Made by a program: the position numbers and the translations under genes. The notes beneath the pieces are model-generated. The model did no database searches and was not told where the DNA came from. It worked only from the letters and a program-made list of their open reading frames with translations. Of a stretch of 64,000 nucleotides of DNA, positions 38,076 through 48,824 are shown one piece after another. The DNA is from Rhizomicrobium sp. (GTDB lineage: Bacteria; Pseudomonadota; Alphaproteobacteria; Micropepsales; Micropepsaceae). Where the stretch lies: contig DASXMF010000061.1 in NCBI GenBank assembly GCA_036495845.1, forward strand, positions 12,299 through 76,298. The letters run 5' to 3'. The stretch's first letter is position 1; the number at the start of each line of letters is the position of its first letter.

Positions 38076-39893
38076 ATGCTCAGCCGCCGCGAACTTCTTG
38101 CCTCGACCGCCGCATTGGCGGTCCTGCCGCAATTCTCCATCGCCGCAGCCGCCACAACCGGGCCGGCGAATCTCGACGCGTTGATGACGGCGTTCTTCCA
38201 GGAAAATCTGAGGCAAAATCCCGAGAGCGCGACGCTGCTCGGGCTCGACACGGGCGCAAACGCCGATCTCAAGAGCAAGCTGCGCGACGAATCTTCCGCC
38301 GGAATCGCAGCGGCGCGCGCGCTCAATCTCGATCAGTTGAAACGCCTGAAATCCATCGATTCCGCACAACTCGCGGGCCTGGAGCGGGTGAATTACGACA
38401 CGTTGCTTTACACGGGCGAATCGCGCGCCGCAGTCGCGGCATTCGATTTCGGCGGCACATCGTTCGGGCCATCTCCCTATGTGGTGAGCCAGCTCACGGG
38501 CGCCTACCAGACCGTCCCCGATTTTCTCGACACCAAGCACAGAATCGAGAATTCGGCGGATGCGGACGCCTATCTCGCGCGCCTCGAGGCGTTCGCCGTG
38601 CAGATCGACGACAACACGGCGCGCATGCAGCATGATTCCGGTCTCGGGGTCGTACCGCCCGATTTTTTGCTCGACACCGCTCTCGCGCAGATGAATGCGA
38701 CCCGCACGACCGCGGACAAATCGCTCCTTGTCACCTCCATTGCACGGCGGGCGAAAGAGAAGGGTCTGCCCGGCGCTTACGCGGCAAAAGCAACCGCCAT
38801 TTACAACGACAGGATTGCACCGGCGCTCGATCGGCAGATCGCGCAGATGAAATCGCTCCGCGCGAGGTCGACGCACGATGCGGGGCTGTGGAGGCTGAAG
38901 GACGGCGAAGCTTTCTATTCCGCGGCTCTGCGCTTCTCGACGACGACGTCCAAGACCGCCGATGAGATTCATCAGCTTGGACTCGATCAGGCCCGCGAGA
39001 TCGGCGGACGCCTCGATATTCTCCTGAAGCAACAGGGCCTGACGGCGGGCAGCGTGGGCGAGCGCATCTCTGCGCTGTACAAGGATTCAAGGTATCTCTA
39101 TCCGAATACGGACGCAGGCAAGGCGGATGCCATCGCCTATTGTAATGGACGACTCGCAGCGATCCGGCCGCGGCTGCCCGCCGTCTTCAAGCGGTTGCCG
39201 CAATACACCTTCGAAGTGCGCCGCGTGCCACTGCAAACGGAGCCCGGGGCCGCGTCCGCATTTTCTCAGGCGCCTTCGCTCGACGGCAAGCGGCCGGGCA
39301 TCGTCTATTTCAATCTGCACGACAGCGCCGAGTGGCCCAGATGGGCGCTGTCCACGACGGTGTTCCACGAAGGTCTGCCGGGCCATCAGCTCGAAGGCGG
39401 GCTGCTCCTTTCCAACAAGAACATGCCGTTGATTCGCAAGACGATCGGGTTCTCCGGCTATGCCGAAGGCTGGGCGCTCTATGCCGAGCAGCTCGCCGAC
39501 GAGATCGGCATGTACGACGACGATCCGCTCGGCCGCATCGGCTATCTGAAGTTTCAGCTTTTCCGCGCCAATCGCTGCGTCGTCGACACCGGCATCCATC
39601 ACATGAAATGGACGCGGGAGCAGGCCATCCAGTATTTCATCGACCAGGAGGGCGACGCGCCAGGTTTCGTCACGCGCGAGGTCGAGCGTTATTGCGCGAC
39701 GCCTGCCCAGGCCTGCAGCTACAAGATCGGCCACACCGTGTGGACCAGGGCGCGCGAGCGCACGAGGGCGGCGCTCGGTCCGCGCTTCGACCTCAAGGAT
39801 TTCCACGAAGCGGGGCTCGATTGCGGGCGCGTGCCCCTCGACGTGCTCGACGGCGTCATCGACCGCTACATCGCGCAGGCGAAGGCGGCGTAG
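38076..39893 (+). CDS. DUF885 family protein with a Tat signal (putative metallopeptidase)
   Basis: SRRELL Tat motif; HEGLPGHQL; YAEGWALYAEQL; VVDTGIH; EVERYC..PAQACSYKIG. Confidence 0.9.
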   Translation: MLSRRELLASTAALAVLPQFSIAAAATTGPANLDALMTAFFQENLRQNPESATLLGLDTGANADLKSKLRDESSAGIAAARALNLDQLKRLKSIDSAQLAGLERVNYDTLLYTGESRAAVAAFDFGGTSFGPSPYVVSQLTGAYQTVPDFLDTKHRIENSADADAYLARLEAFAVQIDDNTARMQHDSGLGVVPPDFLLDTALAQMNATRTTADKSLLVTSIARRAKEKGLPGAYAAKATAIYNDRIAPALDRQIAQMKSLRARSTHDAGLWRLKDGEAFYSAALRFSTTTSKTADEIHQLGLDQAREIGGRLDILLKQQGLTAGSVGERISALYKDSRYLYPNTDAGKADAIAYCNGRLAAIRPRLPAVFKRLPQYTFEVRRVPLQTEPGAASAFSQAPSLDGKRPGIVYFNLHDSAEWPRWALSTTVFHEGLPGHQLEGGLLLSNKNMPLIRKTIGFSGYAEGWALYAEQLADEIGMYDDDPLGRIGYLKFQLFRANRCVVDTGIHHMKWTREQAIQYFIDQEGDAPGFVTREVERYCATPAQACSYKIGHTVWTRARERTRAALGPRFDLKDFHEAGLDCGRVPLDVLDGVIDRYIAQAKAA

Positions 39894-39929
39894 GGCGGGA
39901 GCTCAAGCCGGGACTCGCTGCCATGCGGT

Positions 39930-40976
39930 TCACGGTTCGGTTTCGCGGCGCAAAGTGCGCGCGTCCCGGTACCGACCGGGACTGACCGCAAAGTGCCGTT
40001 GGAATTCGCGGTTGAAGATGCTCTTGGACCGGAAACCGGATTCGTACATCACCGTCTTGACCGGCTTGTTGGGAGCGCCGGCCAGAAGCTGCGCGGCGAT
40101 TCTGGCCCGGCAATAATTCATGTAGGCGGGAAAGCTCATGCCGTAGCGCGAGTTGATGAGTTCCGAAATGTGCCGCGGCGGCGCATCGAGAAGCAACGCC
40201 AATCGGTTCAGGGTTACGTTCGGATCGAGATAGGGTCGTCGTTCCTCCATAAGGGCGGCGAGACGGCGGTTCAAATCGTCGACCTGCGCTTTGCCCAGCG
40301 TGGAGGAAGCATATTTGACGTTGGAGCCCGGCACGCTCAACAAGTCCGGATGTTGGAGCGCGGTGAACAGGATTCGACCCGTCGCCAGGAAAACCACGCA
40401 GAGTATCAGGAGGTAGGGCAGGCCCTCGCGAAACGGCGCGCCGCCCATCGCCTGAAACACGATGACGATCCGCAGCATGCCGATCGCGAGCAGCACGGAC
40501 AGGAGCATGATCACGAAATTCTTCAGCGCCGCGGGCGCGTATCGCGCGCGATTCCTCCAGAAAAAATGGACGGCAAAGGCGAGGTAGCCGAACCAGCAAG
40601 CATTGACATAGACGTCCATCGAATCGAGCAGGCCCGTCTTCCAGAGGAGCAGTCCTGCGAGTCCCGGCAGCACGTGCAGAATGTCCAACCGGTGTAGCGG
40701 TTCAGCCGGACAGCAGATTTGCCGGACATAGAGGTAGACGGTTGGTGGGGCCAGAAGATCGAGGGCGAGCAAGACGTCTGAAAGGCCCAGCCAGCCAGCC
40801 GCGCCGATCAGGAGATTGCCGCCGAATATCAGCGCGAGACACGCGGCAAGCGCGGCAAGAAGATAGAGGGCCGGCGAACGGCGTTGCGCGTTCGTCAGAA
40901 GATAGGCTGAAAAAAGCGCGAGCTCGGCGCTGATTGCGCTCTCAAGCACGAGGGCGCAGAGACTTCTCCAGTTCAT
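39930..40976 (-). CDS. membrane-anchored AraC family regulator
   Basis: N-terminal TM bundle; RPYLDPNVTL..SELIN; ESGFRSKSIFNREF. Confidence 0.9.
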   Translation of the reverse strand: MNWRSLCALVLESAISAELALFSAYLLTNAQRRSPALYLLAALAACLALIFGGNLLIGAAGWLGLSDVLLALDLLAPPTVYLYVRQICCPAEPLHRLDILHVLPGLAGLLLWKTGLLDSMDVYVNACWFGYLAFAVHFFWRNRARYAPAALKNFVIMLLSVLLAIGMLRIVIVFQAMGGAPFREGLPYLLILCVVFLATGRILFTALQHPDLLSVPGSNVKYASSTLGKAQVDDLNRRLAALMEERRPYLDPNVTLNRLALLLDAPPRHISELINSRYGMSFPAYMNYCRARIAAQLLAGAPNKPVKTVMYESGFRSKSIFNREFQRHFAVSPGRYRDARTLRRETEP

Positions 40977-41115
40977 GGCGAACTACCTGCGGCATGAAAT
41001 GCTTCTGCGCCGTACTCATCCGGTCCCGGAACGCGTTTTGGGCCTGAATTTGGCGTGCACTCAAGCGTAGGGCCGCTACCTGTCGGGTTCCACCCATACG
41101 AGACGGGACCCGGAC

Positions 41116-42495
41116 ATGAAGCTCGATCTTTCCCCATTGTCGGCTGCGAAGCGAAATCTCACGGCCTCTGTAATCCTGCTTGGCGCGGCGGCCGTTCTGG
41201 CCTCGCAGGCCCATGCCTCGCTCGACAAAGCCCTGAAGTGCCGACTGGGCAGCTATGCCCTGTCCGACGGTCGCACCGCCACCATTGTCGGCTTCGACGG
41301 GACGTCACACGACCTCGCTTACGTCCTGTCGAGCGGGGAATATGGCCGCCTCGCCTGGCAGCCGGGAAACAGCTATGCGCTCGGCAACGGACCGCTCTAT
41401 GGAACGGCCGATTTCTCCGATTGCGCGTCGGGCACGGTAACGCTTGTCGAAGCAGGCCGGCCGACAGTTCGCGGCACGCATACTCCATTTCGCGTGACAG
41501 AAACATTTTTCGACAGCGCGGGAACGCGTCTCCACGGCAAGCTCGTGCTTCCCGCCAGCGGCAAGGCGGATTCCGTCGTCGTCTGGATACAGGGATCGGA
41601 CGACGATCCCGCGACCGACGACGAGTATTGGCAATATGTGCTGCCGCTCCGGAGCATCGGCGTTTTTGTCTACGACAAGCGCGGGAGCGGCCAATCGGGC
41701 GGCGAACTGTCGGCAGATTTCGCCGTGCGCGCGGCTGACACCGCGGCCGCTTCCCGGGAGGTGCGGCGGCTTGTGCCTGCGGCCAGGCAAGTGGGCGTCT
41801 TTGGCGGCAGTCAGGGCGGCTGGGTCGCCCCACTGACTGCGACGAAAGCCAGGCTCGATTTCGTGATTGTCGGTTATGGACTCGCGGAAGGCGTCACCGC
41901 GCAGGATCGCGACGAGGTCGAAGATCAGGTGCGACAGGCGGGTTATGGGGATGACGCGATCAGGAAAGTAAGGGAAATCACGGCCGCGACGGCCACAATT
42001 GTCCGTTCGCACTGGATGCGAGGATGGTCGAAGTTTGCCGCGATCCGCAGGAAATACATTCGCGAACCATGGATCGGCGCCATCAAGGACACCGGCTACA
42101 CGGGACAGCTCTTGCGCGCGCCGATCGCGCAGGCGAGGCTCATGGGTCCCAGGCTCGACAAGCATGTAAGCTTCAACTACGACCCGCGGCCCGTCATTGC
42201 CCGCATCGCGCCCGCTCAACTCTGGGTGCTCGGCGGGGCCGACCACACGGCGCCGAATGCCCGTACCGTGCAAATTCTGGAGAGAATTCAAAAAAGAAAG
42301 TCGAACCTCGATCTCGTGATCTACAACGAGGCGGACCATGGCATCAGCGAGTCGTTCACGCAAAACGGCATCGTGCGGCACCGCCATCCCGACAGCCTGT
42401 CGGACCTCATCGCACGGTGGATCGTCGCGCGAAGCCTCCCCGCCCCCGACGCCGATCTGAAGATTCTCCGCGGTCTTGGCGCTCGCGGCGACTGA
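41116..42495 (+). CDS. secreted alpha/beta hydrolase
   Basis: Signal peptide; YDKRGSGQS; GGSQGG nucleophile; GGADH; EADHG. Confidence 0.85.
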   Translation: MKLDLSPLSAAKRNLTASVILLGAAAVLASQAHASLDKALKCRLGSYALSDGRTATIVGFDGTSHDLAYVLSSGEYGRLAWQPGNSYALGNGPLYGTADFSDCASGTVTLVEAGRPTVRGTHTPFRVTETFFDSAGTRLHGKLVLPASGKADSVVVWIQGSDDDPATDDEYWQYVLPLRSIGVFVYDKRGSGQSGGELSADFAVRAADTAAASREVRRLVPAARQVGVFGGSQGGWVAPLTATKARLDFVIVGYGLAEGVTAQDRDEVEDQVRQAGYGDDAIRKVREITAATATIVRSHWMRGWSKFAAIRRKYIREPWIGAIKDTGYTGQLLRAPIAQARLMGPRLDKHVSFNYDPRPVIARIAPAQLWVLGGADHTAPNARTVQILERIQKRKSNLDLVIYNEADHGISESFTQNGIVRHRHPDSLSDLIARWIVARSLPAPDADLKILRGLGARGD

Positions 42496-42595
42496 GCGCA
42501 GTATTGCCGGGCTGAAGAGTAACTTCGCCGGGGAATTTTCCGGGCGTTCCAATCGCGCGGCCGAAACGGGGGCGCGGCGTCCGATCGGGTGGCGC

Positions 42596-43162
42596 ATGGA
42601 TGCATTCTCCTACCTGTCTGTCCTGATTTCGATCGTGCTCGGTCTTGGGCTGACAAGCCTTCTGGCCGGATTCGCCGCGATGGTCCGGTGCCGACGCCGG
42701 CTCGTCATGTACTGGCCTCTGCCGGCGCAGATGAGCCTGCTCTTCCTGGTGCATGTTCAGGTGTGGTGGGCATTGTTCGCCCTGCGCCAGCGGTCGCACT
42801 GGAGCTTTCCGGATTTTCTCGTCGTTCTGCTGCAGCCCGTGCTTCTCTATCTCGCCACGGCGTTTCTGATTCCCGATCTGCGGGATGACCAGCCGGTCGA
42901 TCTCCGCCAGGCCTATTTTCGCGAGTCGCGCTGGTATTTCGCGGCTTTGCTTCTGAGCATCTTCGACAGTCTTGCCAAGAACCTCGTGCTCACGTGGCGG
43001 TTTCAGAGCGGCACGGATCTGCTGGGGCACGCCGCGTTTATCGGCCTGTCGGTGGCGGGATTGGTGTCGCGCAACGATCTCGTTCACAAGACGATCGCGC
43101 CTCTGTCGATTGTTGTGTACGTCGCTTACATCGCGCTGCTCTTTGTCTCGATGCCCGGCTGA
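42596..43162 (+). CDS. hypothetical membrane protein
   Basis: MDAFSYLSVLISIVLGLGLT; several TM segments. Confidence 0.75.
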   Translation: MDAFSYLSVLISIVLGLGLTSLLAGFAAMVRCRRRLVMYWPLPAQMSLLFLVHVQVWWALFALRQRSHWSFPDFLVVLLQPVLLYLATAFLIPDLRDDQPVDLRQAYFRESRWYFAALLLSIFDSLAKNLVLTWRFQSGTDLLGHAAFIGLSVAGLVSRNDLVHKTIAPLSIVVYVAYIALLFVSMPG

Positions 43163-43351
43163 GCGCGGCGTGACGGGCTTTCCGTTAACTGCACCCACGC
43201 GTCTTCACCATTTGTAAAGACACTCCCGAACAACTGCACCGGCTGCCGGATGGTCGTGCTATTTGTTTCAAATACGAGGGATCGTCTTCAGCTTCGTGCA
43301 GGCCCGTGTAGCGGCATCGGCGAAGGTGGCAGTCGAAGGGACGTGTAGCTC

Positions 43352-44875
43352 TTGGGGCAGTTTGAATCCTTGTACGCGACGCTTCTTGCCGTCGCCCGTC
43401 ACCATGACGCTCGACTGGTCGCGGTCGCAGGTCTGATCTGCTTTCTGTCGTGCTACACGGCGCTCACGCTCGTTGCCCGTGCAGGAAAACCCGGAGCCAC
43501 CTCAAGCGATCCCTGGCTGACAGCTTCGACGGTCGTAATCGGGTGCGGTGTGTGGGCGGTTCATTTTGTCACCTTGCTGGCCTTCGAACCCAATATGCGC
43601 ATGGGTTACGACCCCGGCAGCGCGTTGCTCGCGGCAGGGACAGGAATCGTATGCTCGGGGCTTGGATTTGCGGTCGTCATCCGTCGTCACTCGACGATCG
43701 GTGGAGCGATGGTAGGCGCCGCGGCCGCGGCGATGAACTATGTCGTGATGGCCGCGTTGCGTTTGCCGGCACATGAGCATTGGGATAGCGCGTACGTCAT
43801 CATGTCCTTCGTCGTCGGTATCGGCTTCGGATCGGCATCACTGACACTGTCGCGTCGCCGTTCCGACTGGGCCGGTCAGCTTACGGCAGCGTTGTTGATG
43901 ACGTTCGGCGCATTGGGTGCGCACTTTCTCGGCATGGCGGCTCTCAGCCTGACGCCCGACCCGTCAATAGCCGTCCCGTCGGAAATGATTCCCCCGATCT
44001 GGTTTTCCGTCGCCGTTACCGCCATTTGCATCCTGATCATCGGTCTCGTCGTCATCGGCTCGCTGGTCGATCAGCACATCGTCGAGCTCGAAGCGACCAA
44101 GCGAAATCTCGAGCAAACGACCGACCTGCTACGCCTCGCGGTCAAGGATGCAGCTGCCGCGGACGAGACGAAGTCGCAATTTCTCGCCAGCATGTCGCAC
44201 GAGCTGCGGACGCCGTTGAACGCGATACTCGGATTCTCCGAGATGCTGAAGGAACCGGGCTCCCAGCTGGAAGGTGCTCGCGTGCGCGCCTACGCCGCAA
44301 ACATTTTCGACAGCGGCACCCATCTTCTGGCGCTTATCAACGACGTTCTCGATATTTCGAAGCTGGATGCCGGCCATCTGGAGCTGAACAACGACGCCGT
44401 CGATGTGGGGGAACTCGTAGCTTCCTCGGTGCATCTGATGGAGGGCGAGGCGCGCAAGCTAAAGGTACGGCTCGACGCTGCCGTTCCGCGCGATCTTCCA
44501 CGATTGCTTGCGGACGAGCGCCGGCTTCGGCAGGTTCTGCTCAACCTTCTTTCAAATGCGTTGAAGTTTACGCCCGAGAATGGTCGCGTACATGTGGCGG
44601 TGTCCCGGGAACGCGAGGGCCTGGCGATTGCGGTCTCCGACACGGGGATCGGGATGTCGGCGGCGGATATTCCGATTGCGTTCGAGCGCTTCGGTCAGAT
44701 CGACAGCAAACTCAGCCGCAGGCACACAGGCACGGGCCTCGGATTGCCCCTTTCCAGGCATCTCGTCGAATTGCATGAAGGCAGACTGGATGTCGCCAGC
44801 CAACCTGGCGCAGGCACGACGATGACGATTATGATTCCTTGCGAACGCATCCTGCAGGAGCGTCAGGCCGCCTGA
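43352..44875 (+). CDS. MHYT-domain sensor histidine kinase with a PleC/DivJ-type H-box
   Basis: MHYT-like repeats (WAVHFV, AMNYVVM, AHFLGM); FLASMSHELRTPLNAILGFSEML; NLLSNALKFT; DTGIGM; GTGLGLPL. Confidence 0.9.
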   Translation: MGQFESLYATLLAVARHHDARLVAVAGLICFLSCYTALTLVARAGKPGATSSDPWLTASTVVIGCGVWAVHFVTLLAFEPNMRMGYDPGSALLAAGTGIVCSGLGFAVVIRRHSTIGGAMVGAAAAAMNYVVMAALRLPAHEHWDSAYVIMSFVVGIGFGSASLTLSRRRSDWAGQLTAALLMTFGALGAHFLGMAALSLTPDPSIAVPSEMIPPIWFSVAVTAICILIIGLVVIGSLVDQHIVELEATKRNLEQTTDLLRLAVKDAAAADETKSQFLASMSHELRTPLNAILGFSEMLKEPGSQLEGARVRAYAANIFDSGTHLLALINDVLDISKLDAGHLELNNDAVDVGELVASSVHLMEGEARKLKVRLDAAVPRDLPRLLADERRLRQVLLNLLSNALKFTPENGRVHVAVSREREGLAIAVSDTGIGMSAADIPIAFERFGQIDSKLSRRHTGTGLGLPLSRHLVELHEGRLDVASQPGAGTTMTIMIPCERILQERQAA

Positions 44876-44920
44876 CCGGCTCGTACCGCTTCTTGAGTGA
44901 CTGAGCGACACAAAAAAGGT

Positions 44921-45037
44921 TTAACGCAGAGGACACAGAGGATGCGCGGAGGTACGCAGAGGAAAATTGCGCGCCGAACGGCGCGCGATTCTTCTTGTTC
45001 GGCGCCCTCTGTGCAGCCTCTGCGTACCCTGCGCTAA
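44921..45037. repeat. inverted repeat built from cgcagagg-type units
   Basis: aacgcagaggacacagaggatgcgcggaggtacgcagagg...ccctctgtgcagcctctgcgtaccctgcgct. Confidence 0.65.
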
Positions 45038-45085
45038 AAAGTTTTTGAAACACGGCCCACTCTGGCCGGTGCGCCCGCACGGGAT

Positions 45086-46273
45086 CTACTGCGACGGCAC
45101 TCCCGCGTGGCCGCCGGCGACTTCGAGCGCATTGACGACGTCCTGGTGTCCGTTCGCAAGCGCCATATCCAGGGCCGTGCGGCCGGGCCTATCGTCGGTT
45201 TTCGCGTTTACATCGGCTCTGGCCTCGATCAGTGTTCGCGCGGCATCGATTTTCCCCGCCTCCGCGGCGAGCATCAGCGCGGTTGCATGCGTGTTTCCGG
45301 CTCGGGCGTTTACATCGGCATGATGCCCGATAAGCTCGTAGCAGATGTTTGAATTTCCTGCGCGGGCGGCCAGCGTCAACGCCGTTTCTCCGTCGCGCAT
45401 GCGAGCGTTCACATTGGCTCCCGCTTCGAGAAGTATGTTGACCGGTGCCTCGGCATCGTGCGCGCTTGCCGCCATCAGCGGAGTCTCGCCGTTCGTTGTA
45501 TGCGCCTCGATGTCGGCGTGGAAGGCGATCAGCGCCCGCAGGATTTCCGGCTGATCGTTTTGCGCGGCCAGATAAGCGGCCGTTACGCCTTGGCGGCTCG
45601 CCGCGTCGACCTTTGCTCCTCCCGCGATCAGCGCACGCATGATGTCCAGCTGTCCGCGTTGCACGGCGAACATCAAAGGCGACGCTCCCTCATGCGTGAC
45701 GGCGTTTACATCTGCCTTTGAATCCAGAAGCGTGAGCACTGCATCCGGGTGGCCCGAATCGGCCGCGATCATGAGCGCGGTGGCGCCGTCGTTTCGTCGC
45801 GCATCGACCTTGGCCTGGGCGGAAAGCAGGATCCTGGCCACGTCGCTATGACCGGTCTGAACGGCCCGAAAAAGCGCCGTCTCGCCATCGTTTTCCCGGG
45901 CGTCCACACCGGCGCCGGCGCTCACGAGCAATTGCGCGATGGTGGCGTACCCGCCGAAAGCCGCCAGGGTGAGCGGCCGTGCGCCGCTATCCGACGTCTT
46001 TGCGTTGACATCCGCGTGGGCGGCAATGAGCAGTTTCACGATATCGGCATTGCCCTGTTGAGCGGCGACGATCAAAGGGGTCGCGTCGAACTTTCCCTTC
46101 CAATTGACGTCCGTACCCTTGGCCAGCAGCGTCTTGACACTTCCGGTATCGCCGCTGCGCGAAGCGTCGAGAAGATTTTGGCCGTCTACATCCTTCTGTT
46201 TCGTGCACGCGGCCAGCGTCAGCGCGAACGCGCAGAGGCCGCGCAGAAGAATCGATTGAAACGAACGTCTCAT
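45086..46273 (-). CDS. ankyrin-repeat lipoprotein
   Basis: Lipobox LAAC; about 10 repeats of GxTPLMxAA..G...V..LL..GADVNA. Confidence 0.92.
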   Translation of the reverse strand: MRRSFQSILLRGLCAFALTLAACTKQKDVDGQNLLDASRSGDTGSVKTLLAKGTDVNWKGKFDATPLIVAAQQGNADIVKLLIAAHADVNAKTSDSGARPLTLAAFGGYATIAQLLVSAGAGVDARENDGETALFRAVQTGHSDVARILLSAQAKVDARRNDGATALMIAADSGHPDAVLTLLDSKADVNAVTHEGASPLMFAVQRGQLDIMRALIAGGAKVDAASRQGVTAAYLAAQNDQPEILRALIAFHADIEAHTTNGETPLMAASAHDAEAPVNILLEAGANVNARMRDGETALTLAARAGNSNICYELIGHHADVNARAGNTHATALMLAAEAGKIDAARTLIEARADVNAKTDDRPGRTALDMALANGHQDVVNALEVAGGHAGVPSQ

Positions 46274-46453
46274 GGTCAGCCCCATTTCCGACACGCTCGA
46301 AGTTTAACACGATTGCGCACGACGATCACAGGCTTGCCCGCGCATAAGCGTGGATGATTGCGGGCAATCGGTGCACGGCAGCTACTTCCGTCGCAAAATC
46401 GGAAGTTTCGCCGGCACTGCGGATCGATTTGGTTCGTTCTCATCTAGGCGGGC

Positions 46454-47167
46454 ATGAGCATCGCGCCCGCGAAAGGGAGACCGCCGGTGAACTGGTCTTT
46501 GTGGGCGGCGCCGTTTCTCGCAGCAGCGGGAGGTGTCGCACTTCTCGCATCCGGCAGCGGCCACTTGCTGCGCGGCCGCACCGCGCGGGCTGGCGCCCAT
46601 ATGCTCGTCGGCACTCCTCTCGCCATCATCGGCGTGGCGGCGGGATTGCTTGGTCTCAACGCACAGAGCTTTGCGCGTCTTACTCATGAAGGCCCGGTTG
46701 CGCAGGTAGGCGTGAGAACGCTCGATCCCAATCAATCCCGATATCTCGTCACCATCCGCCGGCTCGACGGATCCGGCCGCGTGCAGACCTGCGAGCTTCA
46801 GGGCGACGAGTGGATGCTGAGCGGGCGGGTGCAGAAATGGAAACCGTGGGCCAACCTGCTCGGACTCGATGCCACCTACACGCTCGAGCAATTGTCCAAC
46901 ATGTATTTCTCCGCGGCGCGCGGCAACGGGAAACCGATCACCGCCTGCGATATCGAAGACGTCGCACCGCGTCTCGACCAATATGTTCCGCAAGGATGGC
47001 TCGCCTGGCTCGCCGCGCACGCCTATGCGGTCGACCGCCGCTTCGGTTCCGCCAATTACATGCCGCTCGCCGATGGCGCCGTTTACCGCGTCGTGATCAC
47101 GCAGTCAGGATTCAATTCGGAGCCGGTCAACGCTGCCGCCCGCACGGCCAACAACGCGCGGCCGTGA
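46454..47167 (+). CDS. hypothetical membrane protein
   Basis: Two N-terminal TM segments; ELQGDEW; KWKPWANLLGLD; GSANYMPLADGAVY. Confidence 0.75.
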   Translation: MSIAPAKGRPPVNWSLWAAPFLAAAGGVALLASGSGHLLRGRTARAGAHMLVGTPLAIIGVAAGLLGLNAQSFARLTHEGPVAQVGVRTLDPNQSRYLVTIRRLDGSGRVQTCELQGDEWMLSGRVQKWKPWANLLGLDATYTLEQLSNMYFSAARGNGKPITACDIEDVAPRLDQYVPQGWLAWLAAHAYAVDRRFGSANYMPLADGAVYRVVITQSGFNSEPVNAAARTANNARP

Positions 47168-47332
47168 AACGCGAACGGGGGAGCCGGCATTTCGATACCC
47201 GGATTGAGAGGGTTGAGACAGAGTGCGATTGTTCGGATACGCTTGGGGAACGTTGCCGCTGTCACCAAAGGCCTGCTGACCCCCGACGATGGTATGGAAG
47301 GGTTCAAGCACCAACTGCGCATCTTGACCTCA

Positions 47333-47812
47333 ATGAATTCCGATTTAGTGAAGATACAGTTCCAACTGAACTCGACTGACTGGCACGGTTTTTCGAACGA
47401 AACCCTGTGGGCGAAGGCGCTCGGCTTGGTGACAGAGTCGAATGCATTTCAGCTCGAAAATTCGCCATTTTATTGCAAAGGCGTGAGCTATTTGGATGTC
47501 ATCCGTGCGGTAGACCATGATGGCATGTTTGAGTTCGCGGGCGTCATTGCGCGCAGCGGGCATTCGACATATCGCATTCTTTTTGACCGGGAGGACGACA
47601 CGCTTCGCGCATGGTGGAAGAAGCTTCAAGAAATTGGCTGCACGTACGAGGGCGGCGACTTTCGGGGGAAAAAGCTGTTTTCTATCGACGTGCCGCCAAC
47701 AACTAACATCGACTTGGTCTATTCCATTCTGGAAAAAGGGGAGGCGGCCAAAATCTGGGTTTTTGAAGAGGGCCACTTCGCGAAAGCGACGAGTGTCCGG
47801 CGTAACTCGTAA
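47333..47812 (+). CDS. DUF4265 protein (immunity-like), lower GC
   Basis: ETLWAKALG..FQLENSPFYCKGVSYLDVI..RSGHSTYRI..IGCTYEG..SIDVPP..WVFEEGH. Confidence 0.75.
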   Translation: MNSDLVKIQFQLNSTDWHGFSNETLWAKALGLVTESNAFQLENSPFYCKGVSYLDVIRAVDHDGMFEFAGVIARSGHSTYRILFDREDDTLRAWWKKLQEIGCTYEGGDFRGKKLFSIDVPPTTNIDLVYSILEKGEAAKIWVFEEGHFAKATSVRRNS

Positions 47813-47967
47813 TTTGCTGGTGACGGACCCTAGTATAAGAAAGTCCGAATAAGCGATACGCCCCGTAGCGCATGCCGGTGTCGCCTGCGGCCGTCGACCG
47901 CAAGGCTCGCCGTTATCGCTGGCGGGCGCACCGTCGTCGAGCCGTGATTTTCATTTGGAGCGTCGCC

Positions 47968-48285
47968 ATGTCTGCCGATCAGGAAAATCTCAGCGTGACG
48001 CTGCAACGAGTACTGCGGGGAGGAATCGTCGACAAGCCGAGCGTCGCGAGAGATTTGGCAGAAATCATCCTAAAAAGCGGCTACGGAAAACGTGAGCTCG
48101 ATCGTCAGAGACCACTAGTTGTTAAAGATCGTGGCGATTTTTGGCAGATCGATGGCAGCTACAACAGGGAGAGAAGACCCGGTGCTAAGGGCAGCGTAAT
48201 GATTCAAATCGCAAAAACGGACGGGAGAGTGATAAGAATCGAGTTGCCAATTATAATGGGCGTTCCCGGGCCGGCACCGCAGTAA
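47968..48285 (+). CDS. NTF2-fold immunity protein-like
   Basis: VARDLAEIILKSGYGK.EL.RQRPLVV....WQIDGS...GSVMIQIAKTDGRVI. Confidence 0.7.
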   Translation: MSADQENLSVTLQRVLRGGIVDKPSVARDLAEIILKSGYGKRELDRQRPLVVKDRGDFWQIDGSYNRERRPGAKGSVMIQIAKTDGRVIRIELPIIMGVPGPAPQ

Positions 48286-48824
48286 TTGGGTTTTTTACCG
48301 CGCTGAAGTGACCGGAAACTAGTGACCGGAAACAGGTGACAGCGGCAGCGTTGCCCACCCAGTTCAAAGGGGTCGCCGCTGATCGTCTGGCCGCAGTCCG
48401 GGTTTGCATCCCGGCGCACGACCAACAACGCGCAACCGTGAGACGCGAACGGGGCAGGGCCGCAACTCGGTACCGTCGAGCGAAGAATCGGTCATCCGAA
48501 AGCCCGATCGGCTCCACGGCGGCCTCGAATGCCCATTCATCAGCGTTCCATAATCGATTCATCACGCAGCGATAACGCCGCCTGTATTTCGGAAAACTCT
48601 GCGCGGCGCTCCACTTGGCGCGCGAGCCGGCACCATCGGCGCGACCTGTGAATGGGCGACAACAGCCCCTCGATCATGGCGGACAACCCCCTGACGGCCC
48701 CGCGGCCCAGGATTGCATCCGACCGTGACTTGGGGGCCGGGAAACCCGCCGCAGAGCCGCCGATCCGGTGCCGGCTTGGCGGCCCCGATGATCGGAGCCG
48801 CGCCAAATCGAAGGGAGTAGTACC

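Noticed and set aside
48307-48341. Heptamer-phased repeat agtgacc-ggaaact-agtgacc-ggaaaca-ggtgaca
   Set aside because: Too short, with no associated gene to assign a function.
48677-48685. tggcggaca as a second att copy of the tRNA-Ser 3' end
   Set aside because: A 9-bp match is expected by chance in GC-rich DNA.
48251-48806. Possible pseudogene between the NTF2-like gene and the secreted protein
   Set aside because: Short overlapping ORFs with no recognisable family; cannot be supported.
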